From NCBI GenBank assembly GCA_048128005.1, contig JBEUKZ010000071.1:310001-374000 (forward strand): DNA of 64,000 nt, in the 5' to 3' direction. The stretch's first letter is position 1; each line of letters starts with the position of its first letter. Made by a program: the position numbers and the translations under genes. Shown one piece after another: positions 10,001-19,270 of this stretch. The DNA comes from Veleropilina oligotropha (Eukaryota). Below the pieces are notes generated by a model. That model did no database searches. It saw nothing but the letters and a program-made list of their open reading frames with translations, and had not been told where the DNA came from.

Positions 10001-10752
10001 GGCCAGGCGACCTAATCCTCACCAGCCGTCAGAAGGTCCGCGAACGGGCTCAACAGCTGTTGCTCCAGAGGCACAAGGAGCACTTCCCAGACTCCCCGGT
10101 ACCTATCCTTTATCACCCCAGGGACACCCGTAAGCAAAATATCATGGTAACCATTCCGGGCACCGATGAAAGAGAGGAGCTAGTTCTCAACGACGTCGTT
10201 GAGGTCACGATTGAGGCCGCTGAGCGGGCTATCCTGACCCCGGATTGGCGCCTGGGCTATGCTCTCACCATCCATTCGAGCCAGGGTCTTACCATTCACG
10301 ACCCACAGAAAGTCTGGATCATCGACGACTACCTTCAGTGGAGTAATCTCGCCTACCTAGCCGTGTCCCGGGTGGAGTATCTGCATCAGCTCGAGCGGGT
10401 AACCTGTCCTCCAGATGAGGGTTCTGAGGACAGGCCGCCCCAAGCGCAGCAGAGCAAGCAGCAGCTCCGAAAAACCATCCAGAGGAAGCTCGTGGCATAC
10501 ATGCGCCAGGACCAGGTAAAGGGACTCCAGGGATTTAACCTCAAGGTCGACGACATCCTGCGGCTCAGAGAGGCCCAAAACAACCGATGCGCAGCATGTA
10601 ACATAGAGCTGCTCTGGGCCTACCAGCCCAAAGACACACAGCAGTTCAGTGTCGACCGTGTGGACAACAGCAGGGGCCACATCCGCGACAACGTGCGCTT
10701 AACGTGCCTTGAATGTAACCGAAAAAGAGGATTTGCGGTTGTTAACGCCTGA
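7063..10752 (+). CDS. Multidomain replicase: putative vOTU-like protease + divergent family-B DNA polymerase + SF1 (Pif1/RecD-like) helicase + HNH/EndoVII-like nuclease
   Basis: PolB motif A CCIDMKACYP (~8521), B RDQGCSIIGKF (~8872), C RVATDSIY (~9163); helicase NGGGGCGKTT (~9472), IIWDE, CGDQGQPPP, YALTIHSSQGLT, YLAVSRV; C-terminal CAAC...SVDRVDNSRGH..DNV.LTCLECN; N-terminal DLNCV...LICHNGHAW. Open 1229 codons. Confidence 0.88.
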   Translation: MSTMDDYIDQLLADMQASETLRDVVQNILDEPIPEDVKERLLKPLVPSKDPQTERKRKAIVEEFDPIPLSKKPRTAQDYQNDLLGLFTTTEGQQFIDLDDQAPPPVRLPAKEPWVELLNDAKDEFEVDGAAAAFSTWRVEVENIEARAGRLALDARMTDARAAQLLTALPKGEYVLRIKFLREWGEGDWTVEDKFDPVKAARKKGQGVFEISHDTKPGAITGVDKVYYENAYPVTAVVYSLYPLREPNPANLVPMKNGDLNCVAQRVVEHFEGALRGNGLTPTRRQKIQEWEERVHVTGATVDDISILEKILKRAIILRDIAGADIYNSGKYRGQGNHTFRQVELICHNGHAWSKDLHFPQSREVNIYEGDVWEAIRQATRNEPLAVWLLGGKDRQLGVDQFVLQDGRTYRTKEAHERLQEACKALGNESLADRAFGENHAASIMAKENNGWRPTPAGLLDDIQKACVEHGHGGLWNSMNYDTGDVCCIDMKACYPASFQGKGEAKPYFERFGHPTHSMTRVAINGPLPREIGTGFAEVVEWEFAEDIHPAIPAWFGKHFAEMSWAPTPLLAFLVESRLLKSLKIREAIIAFKKQTEVWLPPDRDQGCSIIGKFTQGAKADGKRLTRRLVIDQGELDFLVRDTRQSGTLVGAPQRCPLGHILTYYDGSQPQYTHLRASMLAYAHINLLSMLQRFTPEEAVRVATDSIYLKKASLEKLDDVKAYVAPQLCDCGDKSCISCLIGETYLPPVAPAQWRDKGEQLYLPQEHAAYLPKPEYCCAANSSQPSTAPCYNDTLTHHRLSYLNGGGGCGKTTRAIELFRARNPIVFTPTHRLAKEMRTRGVKAQTYHSFFRWSGQTDWTPDRMGQKFIPRVIIWDEVCTVPRPILEMFLDWLGHHEVQVICCGDQGQPPPITGEMPHDWLRQTADYYEEIEVDYRAKDDPALQALKRHIRLQPDKIQCGEMRKSLPSCLGWDRIVNTWRPGDLILTSRQKVRERAQQLLLQRHKEHFPDSPVPILYHPRDTRKQNIMVTIPGTDEREELVLNDVVEVTIEAAERAILTPDWRLGYALTIHSSQGLTIHDPQKVWIIDDYLQWSNLAYLAVSRVEYLHQLERVTCPPDEGSEDRPPQAQQSKQQLRKTIQRKLVAYMRQDQVKGLQGFNLKVDDILRLREAQNNRCAACNIELLWAYQPKDTQQFSVDRVDNSRGHIRDNVRLTCLECNRKRGFAVVNA

Positions 10753-11707
10753 GAACCGGCGGCAGTTGGGTGTCACGAGGCACCACGAGCAGTTCCTCAC
10801 GAACGAACCCACGCGGTGGTCCATCAAGCAAGTAGTAGAGCACAGGCTCGTCAGGCTTAGTGACAGAGCGTCCAAGCCTGTGCACTTTTAGAGACCACAC
10901 CGGGTCAGTCGCTCGCCGGCGACCACCCTCCAACTCACCGGGTTGGTACAGGTATTGAACATCTACGTCAGAGGGGAGTTTCTGTTCCTTCCCCTGTCGG
11001 CCTGGAAGGATGGCGTCCTTGGGCTTTTTACCGGTCAGCCTGGTCACTTCCCCATTCAAGGCCGCAACAACGGCGGGCAGCCTGGCGACCCACTCAGTTG
11101 ACCTTTGACCCTCTTTCGCAGACCCTGTAAAACTCATCTCTTCTGCGTACTGGTGCCCGAAGAGCCGCTCAGCGAGCGTCCGGTTGAAGCGCTCCACGAT
11201 CCCTTGATCGCGATGGAGATCCACACGGCCACGCCTAACCTCGACATTATTCTTTGCCAGCAGCTGGGAGACCGTTCCCATGAACTCTCGCCCTGGATCA
11301 ACCTGAAGCAATTTCGGCCAGCTAAGAGGACTCCGCCTGTAGATTCGAGACAGAGCTTCAGCAACCCCTTTGGCCTCTTTTGTGGCCAGAGGCTCAGCTT
11401 CTTTAAAGCGACTGGCCACATCAACCACAGTCAAAGCGTACTTATAGGTTTTACGGCCGACCTTGTCATGGGGGAGAAACAGGTCGGCTTGGTGAACCTC
11501 GTTTGGCGTTACGACGTCGAATTTTGGTCTTGGAATCCGCCGTGGCGCAGGTAAATAGATCTGCCATATAGCCTGCCTCTTAAGCCATGTCCGGGCCTCC
11601 ATTTCAGACGCCTTGGCAGCCTCAGCTAGTTTCTTTATCGCGGCAATGCCTTTCCAGTAGCCCTTAGGGCTGTAGTACATCCTCGCAAGCTTACTATCCA
11701 TCAGCAA
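10742..11707 (-). CDS. Retroviral-like (rve, DDE) integrase of Polinton type
   Basis: HQADL, LTVVDVASRF, LQVDPGREF, QGIVERFNRTL; YYSP.G N-terminus; tail-to-tail overlap with the replicase. Confidence 0.93.
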   Translation of the reverse strand: MLMDSKLARMYYSPKGYWKGIAAIKKLAEAAKASEMEARTWLKRQAIWQIYLPAPRRIPRPKFDVVTPNEVHQADLFLPHDKVGRKTYKYALTVVDVASRFKEAEPLATKEAKGVAEALSRIYRRSPLSWPKLLQVDPGREFMGTVSQLLAKNNVEVRRGRVDLHRDQGIVERFNRTLAERLFGHQYAEEMSFTGSAKEGQRSTEWVARLPAVVAALNGEVTRLTGKKPKDAILPGRQGKEQKLPSDVDVQYLYQPGELEGGRRRATDPVWSLKVHRLGRSVTKPDEPVLYYLLDGPPRGFVREELLVVPRDTQLPPVLRR

Positions 11708-11930
11708 TGTATTCCAGTAAACTGATCAGTCTCCAACAGGCTTCAGCTTCCGGAGCCGGTCGCTGCGCAGTCGTCGCCCAAAGGTTGGTCGGGCCCGAGA
11801 GCACCAGGACTGCGAACCGCACCATAGTCTTTTCGTCGCGGCGCCAGCAGTCGAGTGACGTAGTACTATAGCCGACCGCAAGCATAGCGCAGTACAGCTC
11901 TTCTGGGAGCCCCATTATTATACATGCCAA
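11694..11930 (-). CDS. Hypothetical small viral protein
   Basis: 78-codon ORF packed between 11958 and the integrase, overlapping the integrase start. Confidence 0.35.
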   Translation of the reverse strand: MACIIMGLPEELYCAMLAVGYSTTSLDCWRRDEKTMVRFAVLVLSGPTNLWATTAQRPAPEAEACWRLISLLEYIADG

Positions 11931-11957
11931 CGAAAAAAATGTTCACTATAGAAATAA

Positions 11958-12389
11958 TTAGGCGAGCTTGTAGGCTACCAACCCGGTCGCAGCCATCCCG
12001 AGGATGATGAAGGTGATCTCACGTCCCTTTTGGTCATCGCTCGGTGTGTAGTAGTCGGACAGCTGGGGCTCAGGGCCACCTCCCATGGCGGTGGGGTCAA
12101 GGTTCTTGCCGGTGATCAATGCATACTCACGGATAGCGGCGTCAACATCCCGGAATGTGCCAACGGCGTGACCCTGGCGGCGAAGTTCAACGTTCAGCCA
12201 GTCGAGACGCTCTGCCCTCTTTTGGGACCATTTAGTCTGAGCGGCGTTGAGCTGCTCTACAGCTATGTCGTGACGTTTACGCTCCGCATCAACACCGGAG
12301 CTGCGTAGCTTCGAGAAGAGGAAGTTGGAGCCGCTGAAGGCGAGGGCGTTGACGAGAGCGCCCCCAACCAGCATCGCAATGGAAGCCAT
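11958..12389 (-). CDS. Small viral membrane protein (hydrophobic N-terminus, coiled coil, C-terminal TM)
   Basis: MASIAMLVGGALVNALAFSG...; C-terminal ITFIILGMAATGLVAYKL; ATG at 12389. Confidence 0.7.
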   Translation of the reverse strand: MASIAMLVGGALVNALAFSGSNFLFSKLRSSGVDAERKRHDIAVEQLNAAQTKWSQKRAERLDWLNVELRRQGHAVGTFRDVDAAIREYALITGKNLDPTAMGGGPEPQLSDYYTPSDDQKGREITFIILGMAATGLVAYKLA

Positions 12390-12420
12390 TGAAATGCTGC
12401 GATTATCTAGCAAGGTCCCA

Positions 12421-12660
12421 CTACTTCAAAACGTCGGCCGGAATGATGCCTTGCTTGATCAGCATGTCCTTCGTCGCCATGGCGAGCGCTACGTCGAGGA
12501 CGACCATCCCGACGTCGTAACCCGTGAAGTCAAGTTTGGGGCTCGCTCCCTTGAAGGCCATTTTTCCCAGGCGTGCGTAGCCTATGGCGAGGCCTGATAC
12601 TATAGCTGCGTGATAGACAGCATTGCCGAGCATCTTTCCATCAGTAATCGGGGTAGTCAT
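12421..12660 (-). CDS. Small hydrophobic viral protein (79 aa)
   Basis: Two hydrophobic segments (AVYHAAIVSGLAIGY; VGMVVLDVALAMAT); tight packing in a minus-strand gene run. Confidence 0.65.
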   Translation of the reverse strand: MTTPITDGKMLGNAVYHAAIVSGLAIGYARLGKMAFKGASPKLDFTGYDVGMVVLDVALAMATKDMLIKQGIIPADVLK

Positions 12661-12674
12661 GTTTCGTACTGAGA

Positions 12675-13189
12675 CTATCGCATATGGAACGGGTTGTGCC
12701 TAGTCTTCAATTCGGTGGTGGTTGGGGTGGGCGGGGGCTGCCTGGCGTCCGCGACTGGTGGCTGTTGATGTGGTGTGGATGGACCACTGTTGCGTCTCCA
12801 GACAACAAATACCAATGCAACCGTACCGGCAGCAACGGCTACCTGGGTCCAATTCAATTTTGGGTCCGATTTCCGTGTAGCTGACTTTTCGACCGCGGTC
12901 ACCTCGGCCGGGGTATTACCACTGTGTTTTTGTTGTTGGGGCTGTGCCTCCGGTAGGTCTGAAGGAACTTCGCTGATGGATACTTGTCGAGCGTCTTCTT
13001 TGAGTCTTCTAACATCAGCAAGGAGCCTCTCCTGCTTGACTTTCCGAGCAGCAGCACCGGCCCGACCCGCAGCCACCTTCTTAGGGTCCTTTTTACTCAC
13101 TGATGAGTCTGTCGAAGAAGTCACCCTCTCTATCGGCGGGCTCTCGATCGGCTGGCTCTCGATCATTTGGTCCACTTCCGGCATTGTCA
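12675..13189 (-). CDS. Low-complexity viral protein with basic KKDPKKVAAGRAGAAARK motif and C-terminal TM
   Basis: Basic motif, then VAVAAGTVALVFVVWRR; start probably MTMPEV near 13189, overlapping the upstream ORF in another frame. Confidence 0.6.
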
Positions 13190-13854
13190 TCTCGCTCTCG
13201 CTCTGATATTTTAGGCGGGCAAACATGTCCAAATTGGCAGTGCTTCGCAGTGGTCAACACGGCGGTCAGCGGCGCTAGCCACATGCCATACTTATAATAC
13301 AGCTCACAGCTTGCACCGCGGAGAGCATGGGCGATGAAAGGATCGGCCTCGAGGTCAGCGACCAGACGTGGTTGGTTCTCCGGCGGAATGGGCAAGAACA
13401 TCCCAGCTGCACCCGCATACAGCTGTATAGCGGCAGTCCCCAGGGTCTTCGTCATGTCAGCACCTAGCTTCGCTTCATACCGTGCGTGGTGTTTCTCAAC
13501 CTCGTCGTCAGTCATATCGTCGATTCGGTCAACCGTGAGGTTTCTCCCCAAGTATTTGCTGGCATCCCCTCCGATGGCTAACGCGGCAAGCCTCTCCCGT
13601 TTCTTTGCCATCCCTATGGAGCCACTGACAGGTTCCTCGTGCTGCGAGCAGCGTTTGGTCGTCGAGCCATGGCCGCCCACGGTCGTTTCTTCCTCGTCGT
13701 CCATGAGTTGATCGATAAGGCTGTCCATCCTTAAGCGTTTCCAACATCTCCTCGCCAGTCTAATATAGCGATAATGCCAATACCATAACGTTACGAGTAG
13801 CAACAATACCAGGCTCTGGCTGCAAGCAAAAGCTAGATATACAGCGTCCGACAT
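13093..13854 (-). CDS. Uncharacterised viral protein
   Basis: 253-codon ORF with hydrophobic N-terminus and helical core (KRERLAALAIGG..KYLG...YEAKLG); start may be the internal MDSLIDQL. Confidence 0.65.
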   Translation of the reverse strand: MSDAVYLAFACSQSLVLLLLVTLWYWHYRYIRLARRCWKRLRMDSLIDQLMDDEEETTVGGHGSTTKRCSQHEEPVSGSIGMAKKRERLAALAIGGDASKYLGRNLTVDRIDDMTDDEVEKHHARYEAKLGADMTKTLGTAAIQLYAGAAGMFLPIPPENQPRLVADLEADPFIAHALRGASCELYYKYGMWLAPLTAVLTTAKHCQFGHVCPPKISERERDDNAGSGPNDREPADREPADREGDFFDRLISE

Positions 13855-13895
13855 GCTAGGAGATGCCTGGTAGATGCTAAGTAGCTGCTGGGTAG

Positions 13896-14529
13896 CTAAA
13901 GCACACTATAAGCAACGGGCTGATCAGTTTTCAACAGAAGCTTAGCGTGTCTGGTCTCGGCCAACAGCCGGCGCACTGCGGTTCTCTCGTCGCAGGATGA
14001 GATGACATCGTTCTCGCGGAGAGTCTTCAAAGCTATCGCGGTCCTTGCAGTGAAACAGCGCGACCCAGCGGGTCTGCTCCCGAAACTCCTTCAGGATCGA
14101 GTTGTACTTCTGCGTCACCACCCACACACTCTGAGCGGCGTGCCTCCCGCTAAAAGCCAGCTCAGTCAGCATATCCCTCCTCTTGGCTAGGGCCTTGCTG
14201 GCGGCGCAGTCGTCGATGATGTATAGGGTTGATTCTCCCTGGAACAGTCGGTAGAACCCCCGCAACCAATCATGGAGCCGCTCACCGGGGGGGATCAAGT
14301 ACACCTCAGGGTCGGTCCAGATCCATGGGCATGACTGGTATGCCTTATTGAACTTGATCGTTGGGCATAGAATGACGATGTGCTTGAACACTCCTAAGTA
14401 CTCCCCCTCCAGAAGTTCAAGTATAAACAAGGTCTTCCCGCAGCCGGTCTGGCCGCAGATGATCGCGGAGTGGGGGTCCTTGGGGTGGGGGAACCGTCTA
14501 CTAGTACAGCGCGGTGACAAATCGGCCAT
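13896..14529 (-). pseudogene. A32/FtsK-like genome packaging ATPase, frameshifted near the 3' end
   Basis: Walker A ICGQTGCGKT, Walker B YIIDD, GRH..QSVWVVTQ; after DRDSFED (~14023) a shifted frame continues LRENDVI...HAKLLLKTDQPVAYSVL* to TAG at 13896. Confidence 0.9.
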
Positions 14530-15784
14530 TTTCAATATGCAGCTGCGCGTCCATTATCACGAACATGTAGACGTTCAACGGGCCGGCGGCTTCGCCTGTC
14601 TTCGTGATCTGAATCGTAATGCCCTCGCTGGCGTTATCTACTTTCCGGCCTGACCCATGCAGCTCGTCGTCGTCGGTTACGCGCAGGTCGATCCAGAGTG
14701 CGAACTTTTTCGTCAGAAACTCGCCCAGGGTGACGTCCGCCAGCGCCAAGTCCTTGGCAACCATCGCGACCTCAGGATGGCGTTTGCTGATCGGAGAGGA
14801 GGCGAAGAATCTCCTGGCTTCGTCCCACATCTGGTAGGAACGCATGCCCTGGCTGTACAGTTGATTCGGCACACCCTCAATAGTGACCTCGACCTTTGTG
14901 ATCTTCGGATTGTAGAAGGCCTCGGTGTCCCTCGCGGGATCCTCGAACAGAAATAGGATACCCTTCATGGATTTCGCCAGTACATTCAAATTTAAATTCC
15001 ACAAAGTGTCGCTTTTGTCTCTCGTAATCTTACGATGCCGCAGGACACGATCGTACAGGATCACGAGGCGGCCCGAGTATTGGTTTTTTATCGATCTGGC
15101 AAGCTCAAGATTAGTGACCATGTCGTATTCCAGGCTGATATTGTCGATGACGTAGCTGGAGCTGGGGTCATCGGTGTCCCTGATTGTCCGGGAGTAGTCG
15201 TTGAACGTAAGCTCGTACTCAAGACGGTCCCCCAACGCACTTTGGTAGAACGGCATGTGGCTCTCCAGCAACTCGAAGTCCAGCAGGATGCGAAACCTTG
15301 GGCCGTACGCGTCCGATATAGCTGTGTCCTCAGAACGTCTGAATGCGCCCTCAGCGCCGACACGGTTCTTCGTAGTGTTGTGGCTGTCGCTGGTATCAAT
15401 ACCCTGATATTGGGCATTCTTGCGCTCCCCTGCGGTCTTCCAGAGATCGCAGTAGCAGTGGTACACGTCGGAGTCATCTATAGACATGACTTCGTTCCCA
15501 CTAATCTTAATCGTGGTCTTTTTGATCACGGCGCGTCCGATATTCTGAACTACAGTTCTGTTCGGGTTAGCCGAGGTCAGAGAAATGGTAAATGCGAGGT
15601 GGGCCGTCCCTGGCACGATTACGTCGCGAGTCCCGAGATTCGGGAACCGAACCAACAGCTGCTGGTTCGCAGCAATAGTGGATGGGTTGTTCGTTATCGT
15701 GACCGACTGGCGAACCCCTTTCACCCCAAGAGGCTCTCGAAGTCTGCGGTATGGATTCTACGTGCGTCCATACGTGCTGGCCAT
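14501..15784 (-). pseudogene. Putative major capsid protein (double jelly-roll) with nonsense codon at codon 9
   Basis: ~427-codon beta-rich frame next to the ATPase; reads MASTYGRT*NPYRRLREPLGVKGVRQSVTITNNPS... with TAG at 15758-15760; size and position fit a Polinton-like MCP; fold is inferred. Confidence 0.75.
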
Positions 15785-15796
15785 GTTGTTGTCGCT

Positions 15797-17131
15797 ATGG
15801 CTGATTTAGATGCGTATCCCAGCTTGAGTATTCAAATGGCGGAATTTGAGAACCCCACATTCGAGCCCGACATCGTCGACGATGATGGTGAGGTTGGATC
15901 CACGGACTGGATTGAGCCTGTTCTTTCGGAACGGCCACAGGAAGGAACCAGCAGTCAGCGGCAAGAGTTAGTGAAGGACGCGGTTGATGGCTACTACGAA
16001 GCCCTGTTGGAGGAGGGGCAGACCCCGCCCCCGTGGCGTGATTATTCCCAGTTCGAGTACGTGGAGGAGGGATTGCGGCTGAAGAAATATCCAAACATCG
16101 ATCTCATCAATTCTAGAACGAAAAAACCCAATGCTTTGTCAACACTAGCTAACCGGAGAGGTGGGGGCAAAACGATCAGAAAGGGGTTGGGTTTTGAACA
16201 CTGGACGCGGCCAGAGAAGCGGGGGAAAGGGGACAAAAGCTGTCCTCAAAAGCGGTTGCAGCTCTGCAGACAGCCAACAATGAGTTGAGCGGTGCGGCGG
16301 CCAATGTCGAAAACGTAGAACTGCAGGACTTGGGGCAGACCGCGACAACGGCCTCAGCAGCGATCCACAACATGGAGACGGAGTTCACCGACGCCGAGGT
16401 TGAAGAGTTCTTGAACTCTGTGGAGGGGGACCCCCCCCCCCATTCAATCTTCGTGAGCTTCGTGGGCTGGACAAGGCGATGCAGACCATTCGAGGCGAGC
16501 TCACTAACAACTTAGCCAAACTAACGGCGCTGGACGAACACATAGAGCTGGAGAAGAGGAAGCTCGATCAGGCAGATGAAGAGGGCGGTGTGGAAGATTT
16601 TGTACGTCGACGGATCGCGGAACGTCTGCGCAATTTACATGACGAGAGAGCAGCCCGCCTCGAGGCAGCCGGATCCAGCCGGGAGGCCCTACGCTCTCAA
16701 ATCAGCCGGATCCGAGAGATGCTAGATCGGATTCTCCACTCTGACACAACGCTGGCCGAGCGTATTCGGACCTTCTTCCGAGAGCAAGGGGTTACGATCG
16801 CAACCATACTGACCGCTATTGGGTTGGCCATCTCGACTTTGGTACTAGCCCTGACAGGCGGAGCGCCGAGCATCGCACCAACACCACCACCTCCCAGTGG
16901 TCAGGGGGGGTCAAGGAGTGGGTCAAAAAGCAGCTGCAGAACCTGGGACGGATTCTAGGCAAACTAGCGGGGAAGGCCGCAGCCGCGCTCTCCGGAATAC
17001 TTGGAAGCCTGATTTCCTGGCTAATCAATCTGGTTGGCAAGACTGCGTCGTGGCTCGCCGAGAATCTGTGGGCTGTGATTATATCTGTTGGGGGCTTGCT
17101 TCTTATTGCCGCTAGACAGTGGGTCACGTAA
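15797..17131 (+). pseudogene. Coiled-coil plus multi-TM viral membrane protein, three frameshifts
   Basis: Joins as MADLDAYP...EHWTRPE / KLSSKAVAAL...VEGD / PFNLRELRGLDKAMQTIRGEL...TILTAIGLAISTLVLALTGG / VKEWVKKQLQNLGRILGKLAG...LWAVIISVGGLLLIAARQWVT*; shifts at ~16230, poly-C 16431-16441, poly-G ~16904-16910. Confidence 0.75.
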
Positions 17132-18528
17132 GCCAGATGAACGCTAGGCCAACGACAATGCCGCCCACGATAAGTGCGGTTTTCTCCTCGTCATGTGCCA
17201 CAGCTACCGCTGGAACAGCTACAGCCAGCTCAGCGTTTGGATGCTTCAGAGTGACTACCGGTATGCTTGCATCTGCGTCTTGTGGAATAACCAATCCTGT
17301 TTCTCCAGTCTCCCCAGCGGCGTTGGGCGGCACACTGGCCGCATTGACAGTCATATTAAGACCTAGGGTCTGGTCTTCCGTGGCGACGACGATCTCGTTC
17401 TTACTATATTCTCATAATATTTTAATGCCGTAACCTGTCATATATGTCTTGTATTATTAGCCTCATTATGTAAAGCGTTTTAGAGCATTTACGTGGTTTT
17501 ACGCTATAGAAAATAAATTTATTATTATTATTATTATAACCAGCCACCTGCCCGATCCGTAGAAGCATGTTACTTGGCGCCATGTACAGGCCGACGCCGA
17601 ATACGAAGTCGACCTTGGACCTGGCATACTGCAAAACGTCCTGGTACCGTTTGATGGCTGATGGGAGGTCCACTGGCGATGCGATGGCGTCTTCGACGTC
17701 GGCCAGAAACTGTTTCTGTGCGTCAAATGCCGTCCCACTACCCAGAATACTTGCACGTGTCTGAGCCTGCGCTCCAAGAATCGCCCAGACGTAGGTCCTG
17801 ATGGAGTCATTGAGCCTTTCCACGCCGGCCCGGGTAAACCCCACTGACCTGTCCAGAATAAAAGTAGCCCACGAAGTGCCTGCATCCTGTGCTATATAGT
17901 CCACATGCAGATTCGTGTTGGTTGTACCTTTGGTGAAGGACATTCGGCTTGGATCATACTCACGTCCGATGGGGTGGTAGCCGTTGTTCGTCCAGTAGCT
18001 GTAAGCGGTGCCTAGTCCGCCGTTGGGACCCTTGACACGCCAGTCGGTATGTGGGGACACTCCGAATTCGCTGCAGATCTTTTCATATGCCCTTCGGTCA
18101 TACGGGGTGTCGAATGCATCCCACGTCCGGTCTTGTGGCAGCGGGGCCTGAATCTCGGTCAAGATCCTTCTGACCTGATAGTATACGTGGAAGGTGAATA
18201 CAGCAGTGGAGAGGGGGTCGGTCGCATTCAAGTGGTCTTCTGAGGAGATCCCGGAACCTGTTGTAGCACACCAGACTGCGAAATTGACCTTGTTCTGCCA
18301 GAACTGCATCGGCGTGGTCTGCCAAGCCCTTATCAGTCGGTCACTCGCGACATGTGGGAGGCGATACTTTTGAAATACGTCGGGATAGTCTGCCCCGAAT
18401 GCAGTGGTTGAGCTATTACCCACATTGATGCTTGGTCTCGTAAGCTGCTCATCTTTGATCTGTGCTGGGTACACCACACCGCTCGGATAGGCCGCACTCC
18501 TATTAAACGCAAAGGCGCTCTTAGCCAT
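17124..18528 (-). pseudogene. Uncharacterised viral protein with C-terminal TM anchor, interrupted by a LINE tail
   Basis: Removing ~17401-17535 plausibly rejoins ...GQVAGYN to NEIVVATEDQTLGLNMTVNAASVPP...TALIVGGIVVGLAFIWLT*. Confidence 0.75.
17401..17537 (+). mobile_element. 5'-truncated LINE (L2-like) 3' end
   Basis: AT-rich island: gtaaagcgttttagagcat...acgctatagaaaataaat followed by (TTA)n tail. Confidence 0.7.
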
Positions 18529-18535
18529 AGCTACT

Positions 18536-19270
18536 ATGTTCCATACATTAACGAGTGTTCAAGATGGGACCGCGGTTGCCCTCCTTCAACCGATTGATAA
18601 CCGGGAGGGCAAGCTATGTGTCAGCTTGCAGTCGCTCGACTATTGGGTCGGCTGGCACAACGTGCACGCCGGAGCCTTCTTTAAGACCCCCGATACCACG
18701 GTCGAGGTGCCGCCAGGTTTCTACAGCTTCGATGACCTCGCCAAGACGATGAAGAGGTCGCTAAAGAACATACAGCTAGACGTAAGCCATGCTACAGGGC
18801 TCGCCTGAATCGTGGTCCCAGAGGGGACCCGACTCGCGATAAGCGACGATATCAGGAAACTCCTAGGCTTAGACCTTTCTTCGTTCATTCTCGATAAATC
18901 GGGGAATCTGAACCCACCCATTGGAGTACGGGGCCGACCTCCCCCTCCGGAGAGATCCGAGTGGCTACACCCTGGGACTTATGACGGGAACAAGCCTGTC
19001 GGGTTTGCCATAGCGCCGACCCTACACGTTCACTTGGATCAGCTCAGTACAACCCACAATGTGAAGGACGGCGCCCCGAGCAATGTTCTCGCGGTGGTCC
19101 CTATAACGTCGCAGATGTTCGGTGAGGCAGGCCACTATCAGAGCTACCCCGCCGGCCGGCGTCTACAGGCCGGGTCACTCACCGAATTGAAGGTGTATGT
19201 CACAGACGCAGATGGTAACCCGATCGACAATCACGGCATGCCCATTACCGCAGTCCTTGCGATACAATGA
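18536..19270 (+). pseudogene. Putative minor capsid protein (penton, single jelly-roll) with in-frame TGA
   Basis: ORFs 18536-18808 and 18812-19270 share one frame across TGA 18806-18808; PPGFYSF.DL, KLLGL and C-terminal ELKVYVTDADGNPIDNHGMPITAVLAI resemble Polinton pentons. Confidence 0.75.

Noticed and set aside
7296..10680. Long minus-strand ORFs within the replicase (e.g. 7312-8115, 8800-9909)
   Set aside because: Antisense frames of a GC-rich coding region with no motifs.
7063..10752. Helitron Rep-helicase
   Set aside because: The helicase is Pif1-like, but no HUH Rep motifs were seen; PolB motifs, TIRs, a TSD and an integrase point to a Polinton-like element.
15035..15796. 5' part of the 417-aa plus-strand ORF 15035-16288
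   Set aside because: Antisense shadow of the MCP gene; only the part from ATG 15797 looks like a real gene.
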